The notes beneath the pieces were generated by a model. The model was not told the origin of the DNA. It searched no databases and worked only from the letters and a program-made list of their open reading frames with translations. The translations under genes were made by a program, and so were the position numbers. A stretch of DNA of 64,000 nucleotides. It comes from Bdellovibrionota bacterium. Its GTDB lineage: Bacteria; Bdellovibrionota; UBA2428. This document shows, in pieces, positions 28,306-36,651 of the stretch; positions within the stretch are counted from its first letter, which is position 1; the number at the start of each line of letters is the position of its first letter. The stretch lies in contig DATLIP010000086.1 of assembly GCA_035539375.1 (NCBI GenBank), forward strand, positions 16,848 to 80,847. The letters run 5' to 3'.

Positions 28306-29310
28306 ATGATTTTGAGGCACGCCCGCTCAATGTTCTTAGTCGTCGGCATCTCCGCCATGTCGAACGCGGTGCGGGCGACCCCGAATCCCTACAACCTGGG
28401 CAACGCGAGCGATGTGAGTGAGCGCATCAATAAACTGCGGTTTTACGATATCAGCAGCTCCCTTAAGCTCACCCCCTTGGGTGCGGTGCTCACTGAGCCG
28501 GTGATGCGTTTGCTATGGGTGGGACAGGTTTTTACCCATTCCGACTGGATCGGCATTCAGGCTTTTCTGGGGCTCATGCACCGAATTAACCCGGGCGGTA
28601 AGGACGACGCCTCCAACCTTTTCCTCTATACCTGCAAGGGCGGCTGGATTGACGTTGGTCACATACTGGGTACGGGGCTCATGTACAAAATTTTTCTGCA
28701 AACCTTGCGCCGGGGGCTGAATGGCCTGCGACCCATGACCTTCGTTACCCTAGATCGTTCGGACCGAATTCTTTTGGGCACCATTTCAAAGGAACTCGCG
28801 CGTGGGGTTCAGCGCGTCGATCCGCAGACCAAGAAGCTTCGCGGCTACGAATGGTGGGCAGGGTATTTCGCCATGCGTTCGAGCATACGCTATGAAGTTT
28901 GGCAGAATTCCAAAAAGAAAAAACTGAGATCCCCCCTGCTGGCGAGCGATGGCGAAGCCACCAGCGCGTTCACTATCGAAGATCTGCCTTCGAATTATTA
29001 CGGAATTATGCTCGCCGAGCGAATTGAGCGAAAGCATTCCGTACGCGGATTTGCGAAGCGCTTTGAAGCGGAGCTCATGCAGCTCCTGGGCGGCTTCGGA
29101 GTGGTGAATCTCGACCATCGCACACGCAAGCGAGGGTGCCCTAAGACGGTGCGAGAGACCCTCACGGCCGACGCGAACTATTACAAGAAGATTGCCGAAA
29201 ATGAGCAAGTGACGTTTCGTAAAGACGATTCCACCAATGTGAAAAGTCCGTACAACTACACCATTCACCCTAAAAAGACCCTCAGCCACGCGTGCCTGTG
29301 TGCGAACTAG
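28306..29310 (+). CDS. Secreted hypothetical protein
   Basis: Signal peptide ...VVGISAMSNAVRA. Conserved-looking blocks YTCKGGWIDVGHILG and SAFTIEDLPSNYYG. I could not identify the family. Confidence 0.55.
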   Translation: MILRHARSMFLVVGISAMSNAVRATPNPYNLGNASDVSERINKLRFYDISSSLKLTPLGAVLTEPVMRLLWVGQVFTHSDWIGIQAFLGLMHRINPGGKDDASNLFLYTCKGGWIDVGHILGTGLMYKIFLQTLRRGLNGLRPMTFVTLDRSDRILLGTISKELARGVQRVDPQTKKLRGYEWWAGYFAMRSSIRYEVWQNSKKKKLRSPLLASDGEATSAFTIEDLPSNYYGIMLAERIERKHSVRGFAKRFEAELMQLLGGFGVVNLDHRTRKRGCPKTVRETLTADANYYKKIAENEQVTFRKDDSTNVKSPYNYTIHPKKTLSHACLCAN

Positions 29311-29340
29311 TCGCCTGATGCGGGCATCCGACGCTTCATT

Positions 29341-29943
29341 TCAAGGAGCGGCGAGGTTCACTTCCAATTCCTTTTTCCAGCTGTAGACCTCAAGTCTGAT
29401 CTCCGTGGCATCGTCGTTGGCTTCGCCAAAGTGCGCCGAGTAATTTGCTGTGATGTGGTCGTCGTACGCGTGAACGGTAACACGACGGACATTGCGAAAG
29501 CCTAACCTTTCGTTTACGACTCCGGCGGCTGTGAACTCGCGGTAGGCCCGCAGAATCTCGGCGCGTAGTTCAGGGATTTTTTTGGGGTAGCGGGCGCGGA
29601 TCACGAGCTCGTCGATCTCGCTTGCGGTGGGTCGGAAACTGAAATCGGCAGCAGACTTGTGCCCAACTAAGGAAGACGCAAATCCCGAGGCGTTGTCCTG
29701 TAGCAGGCTGTCGTCGATACGCTCTATGTGAGGGTTTTGTAGCAACACGTAGGCCTTGACCACTGAGGAGATTCCCAATCGCCGAAGCTCAGTGTCGACG
29801 TTCATGAGATAGCCTACGCTGTTGTCCTGGATTCGGAATTGAAAAGTCGATGCCCGAAAGGATCTTTGCTCGCCGGATTCCTTAACAAGGGTGACGGCAA
29901 CGGCGAGAGGGAAGGCGGCGCTCGGGCCGTCAGCGAAGGCCAA
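29341..29943 (-). CDS. Hypothetical cytoplasmic protein
   Basis: 200-aa ORF starting at TTG with no signal peptide. The start is uncertain; an internal ATG lies at residue 47. It is convergent with 28306-29310. Confidence 0.4.
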   Translation of the reverse strand: MAFADGPSAAFPLAVAVTLVKESGEQRSFRASTFQFRIQDNSVGYLMNVDTELRRLGISSVVKAYVLLQNPHIERIDDSLLQDNASGFASSLVGHKSAADFSFRPTASEIDELVIRARYPKKIPELRAEILRAYREFTAAGVVNERLGFRNVRRVTVHAYDDHITANYSAHFGEANDDATEIRLEVYSWKKELEVNLAAP

Positions 29944-30098
29944 GTGAAGAGTCGTTTTTTGCTTAGATCAAACGCAATGTGAGACGATTGGACATGGGGC
30001 CAATGGCTATACCGCAATTTGGAGTTGCCCCCTATGGGAATCTTCTAGCGCGTTTCGACCTTGGCGTTCTCCGGACCTTGGGCTAGGCTGACTTTTCG

Positions 30099-31022
30099 AT
30101 GGCACGGTCAACGCGTCCTTCGAAAGGGCACTCCAAACAACTTCTCAAAATTGATGATCTTTCCAAGGCGCAGGTCAAAACGCTCATTGAGTCGGCTTAC
30201 CTAAAGCTCAAAAAAGGTCGCATCACACCCAGCAAGTCCAAAGCGTTGCCCGTGGGCCTCATTTTCGCCGAATCCTCCACCCGCACGCGGGTTTCTTTTG
30301 AGCGCGCCGCTCGCTCGCTCGGTATGGAGCCCTACCTCTTGGAGTCCTTTTCGTCTTCGCTTTCCAAGGGCGAAGACCTTAGCGACACGGTGCTAAATCT
30401 CCAGGCCCTCGGCATCAACGCCTTTGTGGTGCGCACGACTTCGACCGAAGAGCTCCTCGCCCTGCGCGCTCTCGGGGTGTCGGTGCTCAACGCCGGCGAC
30501 GGCGTGGGCGAACACCCTTCGCAGGCGTTGCTCGATCTGCTGTGCCTTTACGCCAAGTTTGGCGCCTCGTGGCCAAAGCTCCTCAAACAAAAACTCTGCA
30601 TCGTGGGCAATCTTTCGCACTCGCGGGTGGTGAATTCGTGGATAGCCCTTGGAAAACTTTTGGGCCTCTCCATCGAACTCGTCTCGCCCAAGGCGTGGCG
30701 GCCGTCACTGCTGGAGGATTTCCGCTGGTCGGAGGATCTGGAGCAGGGCCTCGAGGAGGCCACCGTCGTGATGGCCCTGCGAGTGCAGCGCGAGCGACTG
30801 GGCACCGGTTCGACCGCCGACCTCCACGACTACGTCTCCAGCTACCAAATCACCCCAAAACTCCTGGCCGGGCGGCCGCTCATGCATCCCGGGCCGATCA
30901 ATTGGGGTGTGGAGCTCGCTCCCGAGCTGCGCGAATATGCGAACTCGCTCATTTTAGACCAGGTGCGCTGTGGATATTACTTGCGCGCCACGCTCCTTGA
31001 GCACTTTATTTTGGGCCGCTGA
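30099..31022 (+). CDS. pyrB: Aspartate carbamoyltransferase catalytic subunit
   Basis: Motifs STRTRVSFE, HPSQALLDL and HPGPIN. Confidence 0.93.
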   Translation: MARSTRPSKGHSKQLLKIDDLSKAQVKTLIESAYLKLKKGRITPSKSKALPVGLIFAESSTRTRVSFERAARSLGMEPYLLESFSSSLSKGEDLSDTVLNLQALGINAFVVRTTSTEELLALRALGVSVLNAGDGVGEHPSQALLDLLCLYAKFGASWPKLLKQKLCIVGNLSHSRVVNSWIALGKLLGLSIELVSPKAWRPSLLEDFRWSEDLEQGLEEATVVMALRVQRERLGTGSTADLHDYVSSYQITPKLLAGRPLMHPGPINWGVELAPELREYANSLILDQVRCGYYLRATLLEHFILGR

Positions 31023-31070
31023 AATGGGCTCTTGTCTGGGCCCGAGACTATGCCCTAGAGTGACCTTTTA

Positions 31071-32255
31071 ATGACAGCGAATCGCGAGCCCACCAAGGTT
31101 ACTCTTCTGCTCGAGAAGGGTGTTCAGCTCGACGCATTTGCCTACGGAAACTTTGATCACCCTAGATTCGGAGAACTGGTTTTTTGTACGGCAATGACGG
31201 GCATCGAAGAAGCCCTTACCGATCCCTCGTACTGCGAGCAAATCGTCGTCACTTCTGTCGCCCACGTCGGCAACACCGGCTTCACCGGTGAAGACATGGA
31301 ATCCAAAAAACTCTGGGCCGAAGGCCTTGTCTGCCGCGAGCTCGAAACCGTGCCCTCCAATTGGCGCGCCAAAAAGCCCCTGCATGAGTGGATCGTGGAC
31401 GAAGGTCGCTTTGTGCTCTTCGATGTGAACACGCGCGCGCTCGTGCAAGAGCTGCGAGATCGCGGCTCGCAAAAAACCCTCGTCTTCCGCGCGGGCTCTA
31501 TGAGCGGCGACGAAGCCAAGTCCTATCTGCAAACCAAAGTGCCCTCGATGAAGGGCGCCGATCTCACCGCCAAAGTCACTTCGCCCAAACCCTTCATCTA
31601 TGGCAAGGACGATCCGGGTTATTGGCCGCTCGATGGCTACCTGGGACTCTCTGGTCTCAAAGAAAAACATCAAGAGTCGCGTAACATCGCCGTGTGGGAT
31701 TTCGGTGTGAAGAACAACACCCTGCGCATTCTCTCCTCCACAGGTGCGACGCTCTCGGTGATGCCGGCCACGAGCAAGGCCGAAGATTTTCTGCGCGCCG
31801 ACATTCACGGAATTTTTCTGAGCAACGGCCCAGGCGATCCTGCGGCCGCCACACACATCATCGCGGAGCTCAAAAAGATTCTCGGCAAAAAACCGATCTT
31901 TGCCATCTGCCTCGGGCACCAGCTTGTGGCGCTTGCGGCCGGGTCGAAAACTTTCAAGCTCAACTTCGGCCACCGCGGCATTCATCACCCGGTGGTAGAG
32001 TTGAGTCGCAGCGGCGAAGCTCAGCGCACCTGGATCACCAGCCAGAACCACGGCTTTGCCGTGGATCCCGATACCATATCGAAACAAGGCTGGTTAAAAT
32101 TTGTCCACGCGGACGACGGCAGCGTCGAGGGCATCTCGTACCCCGAGTGGAATTGCGACACTGTGCAGTTCCACCCCGAGGTGGGGCCCGGACCTTTCGA
32201 TTCGTCCGTACTGATCAAAAACTTTTTGGGAGAAACCGTGTATGCAGGGAGTTAG
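31071..32255 (+). CDS. carA: Carbamoyl-phosphate synthase small (glutaminase) subunit
   Basis: CPSase small-chain N-domain plus the class-I GATase motifs ICLGHQL and FHPE. Confidence 0.95.
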   Translation: MTANREPTKVTLLLEKGVQLDAFAYGNFDHPRFGELVFCTAMTGIEEALTDPSYCEQIVVTSVAHVGNTGFTGEDMESKKLWAEGLVCRELETVPSNWRAKKPLHEWIVDEGRFVLFDVNTRALVQELRDRGSQKTLVFRAGSMSGDEAKSYLQTKVPSMKGADLTAKVTSPKPFIYGKDDPGYWPLDGYLGLSGLKEKHQESRNIAVWDFGVKNNTLRILSSTGATLSVMPATSKAEDFLRADIHGIFLSNGPGDPAAATHIIAELKKILGKKPIFAICLGHQLVALAAGSKTFKLNFGHRGIHHPVVELSRSGEAQRTWITSQNHGFAVDPDTISKQGWLKFVHADDGSVEGISYPEWNCDTVQFHPEVGPGPFDSSVLIKNFLGETVYAGS

Positions 32256-32886
32256 AGCTTATCTAGACGAAGTGGCAACCTATTATTCTTCGGGCGCGTA
32301 CTACAACGAGATTGTGGCCGCACGTAAGGAGTTCGCCGAAAAGGTGGGCCTCCTCGCCGAAGGTGTCGACACGGATTTTGACCGCCAGGCGGACACCTTC
32401 CTGGATTGGTTTCTCTTTGATCGCAAACTCTCCAAACAGGAGATCGCGCCGATCAAGGCTTACCTTTACGACAATGGACCGACTTTAGAAGATGGCAAAA
32501 AAGAAATCTTCGGTCGCCTCTCTGAAAACGTACACTCGATTTTCGAAGTCTTGAAGGCCAAGAAGACCGACGTTTACCTCAAGGATCTGCTCGATGGCGA
32601 AAAGTACGTTGTCGAAGACGTCGAAGTGAACCAGGGGTTCATCAAGGGCGATATCCTCGAGACGCGCCTCGTGCAGCTCGGCGACCGCATGGTTTTCGGC
32701 ATCGCCTTCAATTTTCACCCTAAAGAGGCGGAGTCTTTCATCAAGAAGCAGTCCAAGCGTCTCAAGAACCTCGATGAGCCGCACCGGATCGTCTTCATGC
32801 ACCAGTTGCTGAAGATGCGCAACAAAGTGGAACAATACTCCCACATCGACATCAAACACATTTATTGCGAAGAACCACTGCTGTGA
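32242..32886 (+). CDS. Hypothetical protein embedded between carA and carB
   Basis: SD gggaga lies 7 nt before ATG 32242. The ORF overlaps the carA 3' end by 14 nt, and its stop overlaps the carB GTG (GTGA). 214 aa, soluble, no motif recognised. Confidence 0.6.
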   Translation: MQGVRAYLDEVATYYSSGAYYNEIVAARKEFAEKVGLLAEGVDTDFDRQADTFLDWFLFDRKLSKQEIAPIKAYLYDNGPTLEDGKKEIFGRLSENVHSIFEVLKAKKTDVYLKDLLDGEKYVVEDVEVNQGFIKGDILETRLVQLGDRMVFGIAFNFHPKEAESFIKKQSKRLKNLDEPHRIVFMHQLLKMRNKVEQYSHIDIKHIYCEEPLL

Positions 32887-35800
32887 AAAAAGAGCTCTTT
32901 GATTCCGTTCAGAACGTCCTGGTGATTGGCTCGGGTCCCATCGTGATCGGCCAAGCCTGCGAGTTTGATTACTCGGGCACCCAGGCGTGCAAAGCCCTGC
33001 GCGAAGAGGGCAAACGGGTGGTGCTGCTGAACTCGAACCCCGCGACGATCATGACCGATCCGGGGATTTCGGACCGCACCTACATTGAGCCGGTCGACAT
33101 CACGACCGTGATTGCCATTCTTCGTAGAGAAGGCATCGATTCGATCCTTCCCACCATGGGCGGCCAAACGGCGCTCAACCTCGCCATGGCGCTCGCCAAA
33201 ACTCCCGACGTGCTGGAGAACGTGAAAGTCATTGGCGCCAACTTGCGTTCCATTCACCTCGCCGAAGACCGTCGCGCGTTTCGTGAGCTCGTTGCCTCGC
33301 TCGGCATGGACACGCCTAAATCTCGCGTGATCCGCTCCGTCGAGGAGTGCAAAGAATTTGCGAGCGATGCGGGCTTTCCCTTCATCCTTCGCCCTTCGTT
33401 CACGTTGGGCGGTAGCGGTCAGGACTTTGTCTTTGCCGCCGAAGAACTCGTCAAGAAATGCCAAAAGGCCATCGACGCCAGCCCCGTGGGCGAAGTGCTC
33501 GTGGAAGAATCCGTGCTCGGCTGGAAAGAGTTCGAGCTCGAGGTCATGCGCGACTACCAAGACAACGCCATCGTGGTTTGCTCTATCGAGAACCTCGACG
33601 CCATGGGCATCCACACCGGGGACTCCATCACCATCGCCCCCGCGCAAACGCTCACCGACCGTGAATACCAAGCCATGCGTAGCGACGCCCTCAAGCTCAT
33701 CCGCGCCGTGGGCGTAGAGGCCGGTGGTTGCAACGTGCAGTTCGCCGTGCACCCGCAAACGGGTCGCCGCATCGTTATCGAAATGAATCCGCGCGTGTCG
33801 CGCTCCTCGGCGCTCGCCTCCAAAGCGACGGGCTTTCCGATCGCCTACGTCTCTGCGAAGTTGTCCATCGGTTATGCACTTTCGGAGATCGACAACCACG
33901 TCACCGGCACCACGAAGGCCTGCTTCGAGCCGCCGATCGACTACGTCGCGCTAAAAATTCCGCGCTGGAACTTTGAAAAGTTCCAAGGTGCAAAAGACAT
34001 CTTGAAGCCCCAGATGCAGGCCGTGGGCGAAGTGCTCGCCATCGGCGCCACCGTGGGCGAGGCCTTCCATAAGGCGCTCACTTCGCTCGAGCGGTCTTGG
34101 CCCAAATTCAAGCCTGTCGACTCGGCAAACCCTGTTGAGGCTTGGGAACACGAAGCGCCCTCACTGCTCAGCGTCGCGCACTCGCGCCGCGCTTACGCGA
34201 TTTGGGATGCGCTCGCATCAAACGTGGATCCCGAATGGCTCGCGAAAACCGTAGAGTGGGATCCCTTCTTCACGCGCCAAATTTCCAAATTCCAAAAGAA
34301 AGCTGGCCTTGGCCCCCGCGCCACGCGCCAGATGTCCCTGGAGCCGCGCTACGAGTGGATTGACACCTGCTCGGCCGAAATGATGGCGCGCACGCCGTTC
34401 TTTTATTCCACGCGCGTGGCGCTCGCTGCACCTGCGGGCGAGCCGGCAAAGTCCGCTACCGACACCAAAAAACGCGTGGTGATTCTCGGCTCGGGTCCCA
34501 ACCGCATCGGTCAGGGTGTGGAGTTTGACTACTGCTGCGTGCATGCTTCGCTGGCGCTGCAGCGCCTCGGTTACGAAACCGTGATGATCAACTGCAATCC
34601 CGAGACCGTGTCTACCGACCCTTCGGTTTCGACCCGTCTTTACCTCGAGCCGCTCGAGCCCTCTTCGGTGAAGAGCATCCTCGATCGCGAATTTGCCGGC
34701 ACGAAAAAAGAAGACGCCCTGGTGCTCGTGCAAACGGGTGGCCAGACGCCGCTCAAACTTTCCCAGTCGGTGAACGATTGGGGCTATTCGATACTCGGCA
34801 CCTCGCCCGCATCGATCGACCTCAGTGAAGACCGCGAAAAATTTGCGGCCCTGCTCGCCAAGCTCGAGATCGACTGCCCACCTTCGCGCGTGGCCACTTC
34901 GCTCGACGAATCGCTCGCCGCCGCCAAGGAACTCGGTTACCCCGTGATTGTGCGCCCCTCCTTTGTGCTGGGTGGTCGCGGCATGAAGCTCTGCAGCCGC
35001 GAGTCCGACATGATCGACGCTTTTGCGGAGGCCAAAGAGGTCTCCGAAGATTACCCGCTCTACATCGACAAGTACCTCGTGGGCGCTATCGAGTTTGACA
35101 TCGACGGCATCTGCGATGGCAAAGACGCTTGGCTCGCGGGCGTCATGGAACACGTCGAAGAGGCGGGCATCCACAGCGGCGACTCCTCTTGTGTGATTCC
35201 GCCCATCCGTCTGCCCAAGCAAACCTTGAAGCGCATGATCGAAGTCTCCAAGCGCCTCGCTGTCGCGTGCGGCGCGCGCGGACTTTTTAACATCCAAATG
35301 GCCGTCATCGGCGAGCAAATCTACGTGATCGAAGCCAATCCGCGCGCTTCGCGCACGGTGCCTTTCCTCGCCAAAGCCACCGGCCTTCCGATCATCGAGT
35401 GGGGCATCCGCGCGGCGCTCGGCGAGCCGATCGCCAGCTACGTTCCCGACCGATCTTTCGAAGAACTCCTGCGTCTGCCGAATGATCACTTTGCGGTGAA
35501 GGTCCCGGTATTCCCCTTCGACAAGTTCGACAATGTGGATCCCATCCTCGGCCCCGAGATGCGCTCCACCGGCGAAGTTATGGGCATCGATCAGCGCTCC
35601 GGCGCGGCTTTCGCCAAAGCCTACCTCGGCGCGGGTTTGAACTTGCCTGTCAAAGGCAAGATTCTCTTTAGTGTGCGTGATCTCGACAAGCCGCGCGCCG
35701 TGGCGCTCGCCCGAGTTTTTGAACTGCTCGGCTTTGAAATTTGGGCAACATCCGGAACGGCGTCGTACTTCAAGGACCAAGGCATTGAAGTGCTCGAGGT

Positions 35801-36080
35801 TGCAAAAATCGGACATTCGCAAATGGGCGAGAAAGACCTTCTCGGTCACCTCGAAGCGCGCACTTTCGACATGGTGGTGAACACCGCCGGTTCGGCCGGT
35901 TCCTTCAAGGACGGCACGAGCATTCGCCAGGTGGCACTCAAAACCCGGGTGCCACTCATGGGCACCTTGGCCGCGGCCGAAATGGCCTCGCTTGCGATCC
36001 GCACGCTCATCAAAGAGGGCACTCTGCGCCCCCTTTGCTTGCAGGAAGTGATGGCGGTTTCGCAGGTTCCAGGTACCTAA
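32883..36080 (+). CDS. carB: Carbamoyl-phosphate synthase large subunit
   Basis: Start moved to GTG 32883: VKKELFDSVQNVLVIGSGPIVIGQACEFDYSG. Duplicated ATP-grasp halves and an MGS-like C-terminus. Confidence 0.97.
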   Translation: MKKELFDSVQNVLVIGSGPIVIGQACEFDYSGTQACKALREEGKRVVLLNSNPATIMTDPGISDRTYIEPVDITTVIAILRREGIDSILPTMGGQTALNLAMALAKTPDVLENVKVIGANLRSIHLAEDRRAFRELVASLGMDTPKSRVIRSVEECKEFASDAGFPFILRPSFTLGGSGQDFVFAAEELVKKCQKAIDASPVGEVLVEESVLGWKEFELEVMRDYQDNAIVVCSIENLDAMGIHTGDSITIAPAQTLTDREYQAMRSDALKLIRAVGVEAGGCNVQFAVHPQTGRRIVIEMNPRVSRSSALASKATGFPIAYVSAKLSIGYALSEIDNHVTGTTKACFEPPIDYVALKIPRWNFEKFQGAKDILKPQMQAVGEVLAIGATVGEAFHKALTSLERSWPKFKPVDSANPVEAWEHEAPSLLSVAHSRRAYAIWDALASNVDPEWLAKTVEWDPFFTRQISKFQKKAGLGPRATRQMSLEPRYEWIDTCSAEMMARTPFFYSTRVALAAPAGEPAKSATDTKKRVVILGSGPNRIGQGVEFDYCCVHASLALQRLGYETVMINCNPETVSTDPSVSTRLYLEPLEPSSVKSILDREFAGTKKEDALVLVQTGGQTPLKLSQSVNDWGYSILGTSPASIDLSEDREKFAALLAKLEIDCPPSRVATSLDESLAAAKELGYPVIVRPSFVLGGRGMKLCSRESDMIDAFAEAKEVSEDYPLYIDKYLVGAIEFDIDGICDGKDAWLAGVMEHVEEAGIHSGDSSCVIPPIRLPKQTLKRMIEVSKRLAVACGARGLFNIQMAVIGEQIYVIEANPRASRTVPFLAKATGLPIIEWGIRAALGEPIASYVPDRSFEELLRLPNDHFAVKVPVFPFDKFDNVDPILGPEMRSTGEVMGIDQRSGAAFAKAYLGAGLNLPVKGKILFSVRDLDKPRAVALARVFELLGFEIWATSGTASYFKDQGIEVLEVAKIGHSQMGEKDLLGHLEARTFDMVVNTAGSAGSFKDGTSIRQVALKTRVPLMGTLAAAEMASLAIRTLIKEGTLRPLCLQEVMAVSQVPGT

Positions 36081-36094
36081 AGGTACCTGGAACC
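36065..36094. repeat. Perfect 14-bp-arm palindrome overlapping the carB stop codon
   Basis: ggttccaggtacct aa aggtacctggaacc. No U-tract follows. Confidence 0.9.
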
Positions 36095-36137
36095 TTATGT
36101 TTGACGACCCGAGGCCGTGCGGCTAGAGCTATTGGCT

Positions 36138-36611
36138 ATGTCAGACAAAGTGCCCATTACCTTGGCCGGAAAACTCGCTCTCGAAGAGGAACTCCGCCAC
36201 TTAAAGTCCGTGGAGCGTCCCGCTGTGATCGAAGCGATCGCCACGGCCCGTGCGCACGGCGACTTGTCTGAAAACGCTGAATACTCGGCGGCCCGCGAAA
36301 AGCAGAGCTTTATTGAGGGGCGTATTCTCGACATCGGCGACAAACTCGCGCGCGCCGAAGTCATTGATCCCGCGAGCATCGATACGACGAAAGTCGTTTT
36401 TGGTGCTACCGTAGAGCTCGTCGATGAAGACGGTAACGAAGTCACTTATCAAATCGTCGGGGATCCCGAAGCGGATCTCGACAAAGGGCGCATCTCGATC
36501 TCTTCGCCCATCGCGCGTGCGGTGCTAGGAAAAGAAGCTGGAGATGAAGCCGTCGTCAAAAGCCCCAAAGGCAACATCGTCTTCGAAATCGCCGCCGTCC
36601 GCTACTCCTAA
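36138..36611 (+). CDS. greA: Transcription elongation factor GreA
   Basis: Trimmed to ATG 36138: [23 protein letters not shown]...[23 protein letters not shown]. Confidence 0.93.
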   Translation: MSDKVPITLAGKLALEEELRHLKSVERPAVIEAIATARAHGDLSENAEYSAAREKQSFIEGRILDIGDKLARAEVIDPASIDTTKVVFGATVELVDEDGNEVTYQIVGDPEADLDKGRISISSPIARAVLGKEAGDEAVVKSPKGNIVFEIAAVRYS

Positions 36612-36651
36612 GCGCGTGCCGGTGGCGACACCGGCGCCGACAGGCATTTTC

